From: Ministeria vibrans ATCC 50519
Taxonomy: Eukaryota; Protista; Filasterea
Direction of reading: 5' to 3'
Assembly: GCA_943704425.1 (NCBI GenBank)
Contig: CALSCP010001992.1
Span: 1 to 39,168, forward strand
DNA: 39,168 bases
Shown in pieces: positions 1-10,514 of this stretch. Position 1 is the stretch's first letter, and every line of letters starts with the position of its first letter. Made by a program: the position numbers and the translations under genes. The notes under the pieces were generated by a model. It was not told the DNA's origin, made no database searches, and saw nothing but the letters and a program-made list of their open reading frames with translations.

Positions 1-229
1 GACTGACTGTGCCGCAAAAAAAAAAAAAAAAAAAAGGCATCTTGAAGTAGCAGCACTCCATTGCGGTGGAGGAAGGGACGGGAACCCTCTTGCTGCATCC
101 TCTTTAATGAACGCGTCGCCGCAGACGACACATTTTGACCTGTCATTTCAAAAAGGGACTCTCCAAAAAACCGTTTCTCTCTCTTTTTATGTGTAGGGGT
201 GACAAATGTATAATAGAAATGGGCGGCTC

Positions 230-754
230 TCATGATTCCTGGGCACGTCGCCAGAGAAGCCAGAGTCGGGCAGTCTCGGCGGGGAGCTGGGTGTTGGGGT
301 TGACGCTTTTCACAAAGGCAAGCACAACGTCAAGGACCTTTGGAGTGATGTAGAGGCGACGCTTGCCCGATGCTTGCTGCGCCAGGTAGACATCGCGATA
401 GTACCTCTCCAGCGCGGCCTTGTCGGCGTCCGCGAGGGCTGGCATCGACGCAGGCGCGACGATTACGGGTTTCTTGGGTTTTTTCAGTTTCTTGGTCGTT
501 TGCACTTCGCCGTCGTCGCGCGCCTTCCTTTTGCCCTTTTGGGCAGGCGCGGGCATGCCCGGGTTGGGCATCATCATCGGCGGCGGCGGCTGTGGCGGCG
601 GCATCTGCTGCATGCCCAGGGGCATTGGCACAGGCGGCGGCAGCGTCGGCAGCCCCGACATCGCCGCCGACGCATCCGCAATCGAAAAGTTCATCCCGGG
701 GTAGTCCATCTCGCCGTAGTACCGTCGTTTGAAGTGAGGATCCCCTTCCGACAT
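230..754 (-). CDS. Hypothetical Pro/Met-rich protein with basic NLS-like stretches (174 aa)
   Basis: Single ATG-initiated ORF with GC-rich coding composition. It has a PPPQPPPPMMMP tract, basic KGKRKAR and KKLKKPKK stretches and a helical-looking C-terminus. It is head-to-head with the gene starting at 814. No family recognised. Confidence 0.6.
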   Translation of the reverse strand: MSEGDPHFKRRYYGEMDYPGMNFSIADASAAMSGLPTLPPPVPMPLGMQQMPPPQPPPPMMMPNPGMPAPAQKGKRKARDDGEVQTTKKLKKPKKPVIVAPASMPALADADKAALERYYRDVYLAQQASGKRRLYITPKVLDVVLAFVKSVNPNTQLPAETARLWLLWRRAQES

Positions 755-813
755 TCAATTTAAGACTAACTTTTGAAACTTCCGAATCATATTTCTTAAT
801 CTGATCATCGCCA
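755..813. promoter_or_regulatory. Candidate bidirectional promoter (59 bp ATG-to-ATG) with AATCTGATC
   Basis: AT-rich gap between divergent start codons at 754 (-) and 814 (+); motif at 798-806. Confidence 0.5.
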
Positions 814-3606
814 ATGAATTCGCCCCCAACCAAGAGACACCCTAGCGACGTATGTTTTGAGTGTGTCTTTCTCTTGCGACGCTGCTTGCATTCAAGAAGT
901 GTTGTGCTTAAAATGGGCTTTTCAAAAATGCGGTCTGTCTCTCCCAGCCATCGCTGCGGGTTCTGTTCTCTTCGTTAACCAGGAGCATACCTTCACCGTG
1001 CGCTGTTTTACAAGGCTGTGCGTAGTGTGGGCCTATTCAGTGTCTTTCTTTTCTTTTTTTTTTTTTTGTGTTCATTTTTGAAACACACGTCATCGCTTTG
1101 AAGATGTCTCTCTCAATACTGCTGCGCTCTGCCCCTCTCCTTTGCACACCCATGGGCTCGCCGATTCATTTACAATCAAACCTGCCGCTTGAAACCCTCT
1201 TTTTCTCTCTCTACCGTTCGTTTGTGTTTCAAAAAAGGAAAAGTTGCCCAAAAAAAAAAGGAGAAACCGACGAGACCCAACAAAATAGGCGGTTTAGCGC
1301 CTGTTTGATTGAACCAGGCCATCGTACGCGATATTTTAGAGCAGATTCCCCTTGGTTGCGTCTGAGTCTATTCTGTCCATTTTGTGTCTGTTTTCCCTTT
1401 TTTTTTCTCTACTTTTCGTTTTTTTTTTCTTTTTTTTTTTTGAAAAGTTGGAATCCGTTTTTGTGATCTTTCTGACTACGAGCGTGACAAGGCCCATCGA
1501 GTCATTTCTGTTCTCAATCGAGTGTATTTCGTCTGTGTTAGTGTGTTTTGAAACGTACTATTTGTTTTTCTTACTAATTTCCGCTCTTGTCCTCTCTCTC
1601 TTCTCTCTCAGAATTCGGATCCAGAAGCGACGGGCGCTGAGGGTGCGGCAAGCGGCACGGGATTGCTTGGGTCGCTGAAGAAGTTTTTCAGTCCGAAGAC
1701 ACGCCGAAAGAATGGCGGCGATGCGGATGGTGATGAGGAGACGGTGGAGGAGGAGAGCGAGCCAGTGGCCGAGTTGCGCGGTGATGCAAGTAATGCCTCT
1801 CAGTTTCTGACGAGTGCTGCTTCGCCTGCCTCCCGTAAAAAGGTCAAGAAGATTCGTTCGGACGAGACCGAAACACCTGCGCCAGCGCCTGTTGCCCAAC
1901 TTAATGTAGAGCCTCCTTCTCCTGCGACGGACGACGACGCCTAGTATGTTAATGTTTTGTGTGTATAATTATATAGTTTTGTCCTCTTCTTCTTCTAATT
2001 TATGTATTATTATTATTATTTTGTTTAGCCATGCTCAACGACGAGCATCGTATGCATCACGCACCTCACGACGGTTGTCACACGACCAGAGTGAAGTTGA
2101 CGCGGCCATTTTCTCGCCCAACTTCAACCGACGCGACAGTGACGTAAGTCAGCACGGACTGCGCCACCACAGTCGTCGCAGCAGCATGGCCGGCTCACGC
2201 ACCTCCCTTGACCACGCCGACTCACCTGGCCTGGCCAAACCCCACCTCAACACGCTCGGCGAAGAGGAGCTCGAGCACGCAGCGGCAACAGCAGCAGCAA
2301 CAACAGAGCCTAACACGACACTCGACGAGTCAGTCGGTGCCGAGAGCAGTGTGTCGTATGACGAAGAATACGAATACGACGAAGAGGAATTCGACCCCTA
2401 TCTGTTTATCCGCTACTTACCGCCCGTCCCCGAGCACTACAAGAAGCGCGTCTCCCCGCTGCCCGCCAAGCTGCCCACTGCGCCCCGTCTCACGCTGGTC
2501 CTTGATCTTGACGAGACCCTTGTCCATTGTACTTGCACTCGAGAGGTATTTCTTTGTTTGTGTTAGTGTTTTTTTTTTCATTTTACCTTCTGTTGTGCTG
2601 CACACACATGAAAATGATTATGATATCTATGGCAACACCTGAGTGTCGTTTTGTGTCTCTTGTGTCTCACGCGCACACACATATGTCCTATTTTCGCCCT
2701 CTCTTTTTCTCTGCCATCACACACTCACATACATATACACCCGTTGTTTCTCACAGGAGGGCATGGGTGCTGATGCAGTCTTTGAAGTGCGGTTTGATGC
2801 GGTGGTGTACGAGGTCTTTGCGCGCTGGCGTCCTTATGTCAATGCCTTCCTTGAGCGAGTGAGTCAGCTCTACGAGGTCATTCTCTTCACTGCCAGTCAG
2901 AAAGTCTATGCCGATCGTGTCCTCCAGTTTATCGATCCCGAAGGAAAATACATTGTGTAAGTGTGTCTCCCGCGTGTTGAACAAAAACTTCTCACTGTCT
3001 CTCTCTTTTCCTTTCTTTGTTTCTCTATCACTTTGTTTCTTTCTGCTGTTCTCGTTTCTCCGTATTACTTTGTGTCTATTTGTTTACTTTTTTCCTATTT
3101 ACTTTGTTTCTCTCTGTTTACTTTTTGTCTCGTTTCTCTCCGTTTTACTTTTGTTTGGTTTTTTCTCACCCTCCATGTGTACGTGCGTTAGACACCGATT
3201 GTACCGAGCACTGTGTCAACATTGAAGGAAACTACATTAAGGATTTGGACATCCTCGGTCGTGATCTGTCGCAGGCCATGATTGTCGATAACAGCCCTCA
3301 GGCGTTTGGCTACCAGGTATGCATATAAACATGTGCGTGTGTGTATGTTGTGTGTGATGTGTGACTTCTCTGACTCACTGTCATAGGTTGAAAATGGCAT
3401 TCCAATTGAGTCGTACTATGAAGATCCCACCGATACTGAGCTTCCCACACTGCTCAAGCTCCTCGAACACATTGCCGAAACCAAACCGGACGACATTCGT
3501 CCCATTCTCATTGACCACTTTCGGTATGCTCATAAATAAGTCGGTTCTTTCTTGTTGGTTTACCCTGTCCCTTTTCAGATTGCATGAACGTATCCCCAAA
3601 GAGTGA
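814..3606 (+). CDS. CTDSPL2: CTD small phosphatase-like protein (FCP1/SCP NIF-domain HAD phosphatase, CTDSPL2/SCP4-like); apparent 2-nt frameshift at ~3205
   Basis: Exons 814-849, 1612-1943, 2029-2545, 2757-2956, 3192-3316, 3387-3523, 3579-3606, all GT-AG. Motifs: [23 protein letters not shown] (DxDxT), [57 protein letters not shown]. The exon sum is 1375 nt, 2 nt short of an intact frame. Confidence 0.88.
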
Positions 3607-3745
3607 ATAAGATGTGTAGTATATCAAATTCAGTAAAAACTCGGTCTCTTAGCACCTTCTGTTTCACTTTCTGTGTCTTACCTCTGAGTAATAACTGATT
3701 AACTGGATTCTGAAACAAGTCATTTTTATCACTCTTCAATTGTAA

Positions 3746-6575
3746 ATGCAATTAAGCGTGTTCGCAATCGTCATATCCCTTTTGGGAGTGTCTATTGCGA
3801 GCTTCGTTCACTGGAAAATGGATCAGGAGGGGATCCAGCCGAAGGTTCGCTCTAACCGTGAAACACAAACAACGCACTGACTTGACTGACACGCTCCAGC
3901 TCGAAAGCGAATTCGCATCGCGTCCAAGCACCGCCCTGTTTGATTTCTTGTCCAGACAATCTCAAGTGGTACGGCACACATGCCTGCGCTTCTTTGTGTG
4001 TGTGTTTGTGTGTTTCTGTTTCAACCATTTTTTTCTTTTCGCAGTTACCCTCCGACGCGGCCGACTGGCCCTCCTCGGCGACGTGTCTGCAATCCAAGGA
4101 CGTCAACCACCTTGAGATACGCTCAGAGGTTCTATCGCCTCTTACAAGGCACCATTTGCGCCTGGGAACGGCGCCCGCAAGCGCGTGGCTTCCCTTCCTG
4201 TCGACCGCCATCGAACAGCCGTACTGTACGCGACAGCCAGCGCCCCCAAAGAAGTTTGCCGCGACCCAGCCCTACAAGAAGGCTCTGTCCCTGCTGCGTA
4301 CTACCTCGGTGGGCCTGCGTGCGCCCGTCGACCTGTCTGCTCGCGACTTGCTCTTTCTCGTCGATGAGCACGACTTACCGTCACGCAGCAGTGGCAGTCC
4401 TGTCGTCGACGATCCCGCAGGCCACCTTGCCAGCATCGGACATCGTTTGAGTGGCGCTCTTGCAAAGCGACCTACCCTTGCCGTCCTCTACGACGCGGCG
4501 GCGCTCTACTGGCGAGCTGTGGGCGGGCCAAGCGAAGCGATTGCGTGTTACGAGCGGTCCTTTCTGTATGCACACGAGGAGGGCACGCGTGACGCGGCGC
4601 TAGTTGGAAGCGCCTCGGTCTTTGTGAGCACCGGACACATGACAGAGGCGCTTGATCTCGTCAAGATCAGCCTGCAATTTGGATCAAATCTGGGTATCAA
4701 GCTGCATGCCGAAGGAGTCATTCGTGCCATCGAGCACGATCTCGACGGTGCATCGCATGCCCTGCACAAGGCGGTGCGCCTCGAGCCAGACCACACCACT
4801 GTGGTAGAAGCTCTCACAACAGTTGAGTGCTTGCGCACGGCATACAGAGAAAGGGCTCAAATGGCGATTGCGGCAGACTCGGCCGGGCGTCAGGCGGCTC
4901 TCAACGCATTACGAAGTGTCAAAGGCGCCACTGCAACTGCAACCCCCAACACTTCGTTTGCGCCTGCTTCTCAGACGGAATGTGCGCACGGTGGTGGTTT
5001 GTTGGCGGCGTGCAGCACGCGTGCACCCGCTTCTCCCGCCAGTACCGCAACTGGCAAGGGCACCAACGAGAAAAAGGTGGTGCTTGTCAAGCTGGACGCC
5101 CTGACCGCCGAACAGTCGGTTGATCTGGCGCGCTCCTTTATTAGTCTGACGGACGGCGAAGATCTGCACAAGGCAATGGAGTCGCTGGAGCAGGCGAAGG
5201 CGGCACTGGCACACGCAGAGAAACTGCAACGCGAGCGAGCGCGCGAGATGATTGCTACTGCACGTCAGGTCTTTGAGAAGGACCGCGAGAGTTCGTCGCG
5301 TGCATGGGAGAGTCTGCGGGCACAGGCACTGGTAGAACACGCGTGTTTGCTGTCAACGGAAGAGGGTGGAGGGGGCGTGAATAGTAAACGTAGTGCGCAG
5401 TGTGCTTCGCTGGCGAGCGGGGATGCGACACCGTCGTCTTCGTCGCGTGTGAGTGGCGATGCAACTGTGGGGGTGAACCGTGTCAATTGGCCCAAGCCGA
5501 GGCAATGTCGAGCCTATCCACATGTGGACTTTAGTGTATTTCTGGGCACGTACAATGCCATTGCGAGCCAAGAGGAAGTGGTCCAGCTGCTGTTTGACAG
5601 TTCGACAGGTGTTGGTGGAGCAGGAAGCGCAGGCGAGCCGGAACCGACAGGACTGACTATTGAGCAGTCTGGTCCCTCGAAGAAGACGACGAGTGGTGAG
5701 AGCACTGGTGGGGGTAGTGGTGGTGGTGGTGGTGGTGCTGCTGCTGCGGATGAGGAGGAGGATGAGATGGAGAACCTAGACGACCCTATGCTACCGTATT
5801 GTGATGACGTTGTGGGGCTGGATGCTACGGCCGCGCCTTGGTGGGACGAGCTGGACGGGGTGGCGCAGCGGGAAACGCTGGTGATGGAGCCGGTACCGGT
5901 GCTGCGGTCTATCTTTCTGGACCTGGGGGGTGTGCGCACGCGAGCACTGGGCGTACGGCGGCTAGCGCAGCGCATTGGGACGGTTCTGCGACAGCACAAG
6001 GGCGTCGCTAGCTGGATTGTGTACAGTGCAGCGGCGCTCTATTGGCGGTTGGTGGGCAAAGCACCGCGCGCAGTGCAGTGTCTTCGTGTCGCTCTCTCTG
6101 TCGGAGTCAGCAATGGCGATGAAATCGACCACACAATGCTCAGGTAAACAATGCTCATAGTACACAGGGTGAGCTGATGGATAACACAATGTACGCTGTG
6201 TAGTCTGCTGTGCACGCTGCACCGGGCGGGCCACAGCAAAGACGCGGCCGTTGTTGCACGCATGCTCCTCTCGCACTTTCCCGATCTCACCGTTGTTCAT
6301 TTCACTCTGGGGAACATTCTTGCGACAATGAACGAAGTAAGAGCACAACAAAGAAAGGAAATGAAATGAAATTACAATTAACTCCCAATGCCTCTCTCTC
6401 TCTCTCTCTCTCGCACACACTCTCTCGATCGTTCCAGCCGGGTTATGCTGCGCTGTGCTTTGAGCAGACGCTCAAGCGTCAGTCGTCCTTTACTCCTGCA
6501 CTCGACCGCCTCGCAACCCTTATCTGTACAACCCTAAACTACCCAATGGCTCCTCCGCGCTCTTCCTCCACATAG
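3746..6575 (+). CDS. TTC17: TTC17-like tetratricopeptide repeat protein with predicted signal peptide (~845 aa)
   Basis: Exons 3746-3844, 3900-3968, 4045-6143, 6204-6336, 6438-6575 are phase-compatible. The hydrophobic N-terminus MQLSVFAIVISLLGVSIA is followed by HWKMDQEGIQPKLESEF. Two WP...C / AALYWR.VG....A..C TPR blocks and the C-terminal HFTLGNI...ALCFEQTL...LIC resemble TTC17. Confidence 0.75.
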
Positions 6576-6669
6576 CTTCATTGTCCCTTATGACGCTCGC
6601 TCACTAATGCTCTTTCCATACTTGCACAATCACACATACAATCACAGAGAGAAAGAAAAAGAGGATACT

Positions 6670-6941
<272 letters not shown>

Positions 6942-7062
6942 TTAGCTTTTGCCTAATGTTTATTAACGAATAAAAAGAATTTAAAATAGTAATAATAATT
7001 ATTATGAAGATATCAGAAGATCTTTTTAATACAGTGACAAAATTTGTTTGTGTGTGTGTGTG

Positions 7063-7234
7063 CTAAACGGGCAATCTCGAACGAGAACCAGACACCAAAT
7101 CAACAATCTATTAAGTCATTCAATTAGTTCCAATACTAAATCTCACATCCAATTATTCTCTCTCTCTCTATCACTTTGTTTCTTTCTCCCTCTTCTCTTT
7201 CTCTCTCTCCATCACTTTGTTTCTCCCTCCCTCC

Positions 7235-7320
<86 letters not shown>

Positions 7321-8285
7321 CTTTGTCAACAATTGGGAATGAGAGGAGACTCCCAATGAGAGGCAATCGACGACCAAACGCGACTGCTTGCGGAAAGAAA
7401 TTGCTACATACACATGTTGGTCACTTGCACACACTTATCTTTACATCGTCTTACCCAAAAAGATTGATAAACCCAAAACCTTCAATGAGAATCCCAAAGA
7501 AGGGATGTCGAAGGAACACCAACAGAATGCCCACAAAGAAACACGCAGTGCCGCGCGCCTAGTTGGTCCATCGCATTAGTGGCATGTCTGCAAATGCGTT
7601 CTCTCTGGCGACCGTATACCTTCCTCCATTGAAAAAAGAAGTTCCAGGCACTTCTTACGCCAACGAGAGCAGCAACGCCGCACAAAAACATAATCTGTAC
7701 CAGACCAGTCAGTCAGTGCATTGCGATCAAATCAAACAACCGCAAAAATCAAACGACAATGACGAAAAAACGGCCTCCTCCGCCCTCGCCCTTCTATGCA
7801 CAGCAGATATGCTGCACATTCCCGCTGCGTCTCGTGGGCCGATCAGATGGCGAGTCAGCAATGAAATTCAAAACACCAAAAAAAAAAAACGGTCTGTCTC
7901 GCTTTGACTGTCGTGGCGCTGACACACAGCAAGAGCGACTTGCACAGGGCGTGGATGCACGCCGCACAAGCCACGGTGTAGTTCACGTAAAATGAGAGTA
8001 AGACACCGCAAGAGACAGAGAGAGAGAGAGAGAGAGACAGAGAGAGACAGAGAGAGACAGAGAGAGAGAGAGAGTGACGAGCCATTGTGTTTTCTAACAA
8101 AAATAGAACACCAATCGTACGTTGCCAATGGCCAGGAAGCCACCATCAAAGAAGAGCAAGCCGAGTAATACCAGCAGTCCACCAAATGCCGTAATAAACA
8201 GCCCAATTTCTTCGCAGTGAGGGTTAGCATGTCAGTCATTTGTCGATTCCTCAAACTCACTTTGTGTGTCGTTAAAAGCAAACAT
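7063..8285 (-). CDS. GOT1: Vesicle transport protein GOT1/GOLT1 (Got1/Sft2 family), 139 aa
   Basis: Six exons 8261-8285, 8121-8209, 7620-7694, 7455-7558, 7322-7403, 7063-7107 (420 nt) give MFAFNDTQKIGLFITAFGGLLVLLGLLFFDGGFLAIGNIMFLCGVAALVGVRSAWNFFFQWRKARGTACFFVGILLVFLRHPFFGILIEGFGFINLFGNFFPQAVAFGRRLPLIGSLLSFP..., which follows the GOLT1B pattern (DTQKIG, FFD..LAIGN, FFFQ..K, RR.P.IG). Confidence 0.93.
7244..7316. repeat. (CT)n microsatellite in the last GOT1 intron
   Basis: Directly visible. Confidence 0.95.
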
Positions 8286-8568
8286 GATGCTAGGCTTAGT
8301 CCCGAGAGCCCCAGTAGTAGCCACTGACAAATGGCCGAACTTTATAATAAATGAATAATGTAGTAAATTCACTAAATAATTGAAACTCAAAGGAGTCAAA
8401 AGACAAATCTGATCTCTCATCACACACAAATGACGCAATTTCACTAGTTCATTCATTTCGATTAGATTTTGTTCTTCTCTCCCTCCCGTGCTGCGCCGAG
8501 GAGTCCCTCTGTGATCTCTCCAAAGTCTTCGAGTGATCATCCGCCACTGTGCGTCCACACTGCTCCCA
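8286..8568. promoter_or_regulatory. Candidate bidirectional promoter GOT1/fucosyltransferase with AATCTGATC
   Basis: AT-rich divergent intergenic region; motif at 8406-8414. Confidence 0.45.
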
Positions 8569-9660
8569 ATGGTGCGATGGCTCTCCGCAGCGCTACGCCT
8601 GGCAGCCACTGGCTTCGTAGTCTGCCTGATCATGCTAGTGACGCTCGACGGTCAGCCTGAGAGAGCGGTTGTGGCCTCGCCCGTCCACGACGCAGCCACC
8701 AATGCCGCTGTGGCGAAACGCGCCGTCGCGCCTCACGCCAGCCTTACGACGGCCACGACGGCCTCTGCCGACGACCCCCCAGGGCCAGCTTCTGTCAAGG
8801 CCGGCTATTTCGCCGAGCAAGTTGCCCTTGTGCCTCCGAGCGAGCGGACGACCAAGACCATTCTCTTCTACACCAAAGTGTGGGGCGGCACTCCCGCCTG
8901 GGCTGCAGACGGCGCCGCCACCTTTGCGGGGTGTCGCGTCACGCAGTGCACCATTGGGTTTGCAGCGAATACGCCGCAGCACGAGTGGGAGCGGGCCGAT
9001 GCGCTCGTCTTCCACGCCAGAGACTTCCTTGCCCAGGCAACCCGTCCGCCGTTTGGCCAGCCGACTTTCCCGCGTCGTCCCGAGCAGCCGTGGATTTACT
9101 ACGACCTCGAACCTCCACGACCACTTGGCCATGCCCTCCCCCACACCCACAACGTCTTCAACTACTCCTGGACCTACCGTCGCCAGTCGCACATCTTCAA
9201 TCCGTTTGCGGCCGGTAACACTTTCCCCTCCGAACTCCCGCCCGCTCCGCCGCGCACAGACTATCCCGACGACCAAGCACCCGTCGCATGGCTTGCCGAG
9301 AACTGTGATACGGCAAACAAACGAATCAAGTGCGTACCAAAGAGAGAAAAGAGGAGAAACGAAACAAAGGGATTGTGAGACGAGCACCTGATGAACCGGC
9401 AGCTGAACGGAACTCATTTAAACAATCTCTCTTTCTCCCTCGCACTCTCTCTTCCCTTTTAGGTACATTTCAGAACTGATGAAACATGTCAAAATTGACT
9501 GCCTCGGTCAATGCCTGCACAACAAAGACACAGTTGTCCTCAACGGTACTCGCGTGAATCCAATGCAACTCAACTACCACCGACACCACGACGGACCAAA
9601 GGTCAGAGCGGGGTTGTTTCCCTTAATCATTTGCATACACACTCTCTTTTCTTTTTCCCT

Positions 9661-9742
<82 letters not shown>

Positions 9743-10373
9743 CACACACACATCGACACACACACACACACACGCACACACACACATGCTCACACCTCAA
9801 ATACACACGTATGTACACATCGTGCTCACACACACGCACACACTCTCCCTCTCTCTCTCCCTCTCTCTCTCCCTCTCTCTCTCCCTCTCTCTCTCTCCCT
9901 CTCTCTCTGATTAGACTGCGTCACTTGTCCGTGCTGCTTACAAGTTCTACATTGCCTTTGAGAACTCCAACTGCGAAGACTACATCACGGAAAAGTACTT
10001 TGGGTGTCTAGAACACGGAACCATTCCCATTGTGCTTCAAGGCTCAGTCTACGACGAGCTCTCCCCCACCCCTAACTCCTTCTTACGCGCCTCAGACTTC
10101 CCCAACGCCAAGTCGCTCGCCGACGAAATTCTCCGTCTGCACCATAATACAACGGCATTTGCTGAGCGCCTCGCGTGGCGCACTCAGCCCTATCACACAC
10201 TCAACGGACACTATCACATCAACGGTCGTGAGCGCGCACTCGGGCCCTGTCGCCTCTGCGAGCTCATGCACGCCCAGGGCGGCGCCCCTCCCGCCCGCAT
10301 TCCCAATCTTGAAGACCATCTCAATCCTCTCTCTTGTATCACACATCCTTTACCGGGCTGGAACGTTTCCTAA
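8569..10373 (+). CDS. Alpha-1,3/4-fucosyltransferase (glycosyltransferase family 10), type II membrane protein, ~452 aa
   Basis: Exons 8569-9329, 9463-9601, 9915-10373. N-terminal TM anchor; ADALVFHARD, RRPEQPWIYYDLEPP and FNYSWTYRRQSHI motifs; GT10 signature YKFYIAFENSNCEDYITEK followed by GTIPIVL. Confidence 0.92.
9665..9908. repeat. (CA)n microsatellite followed by a CCCTCTCTCTCT-type tract in fucosyltransferase intron 2
   Basis: Directly visible. Confidence 0.95.
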
Positions 10374-10514
10374 TCCTGTCTATAACACCTCTGTGTCTTC
10401 TCTTCCTTCTTTTTTTCTTTCCTTCCCCTCAAATCATTCTGCATGTCCCTCATTCAAAAAGTTGTACACATTAATTAATTACTATTCTTTTATTCTCTCA
10501 TTCTACTTTTCGTT

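Noticed and set aside
7810-7850. TPP riboswitch in the GOT1 intron (CTGATC...GCGGGAA on minus strand)
   Set aside because: No CUGAGA pyrimidine-sensor motif or P5 loop consensus, and the host gene is unrelated to thiamine.
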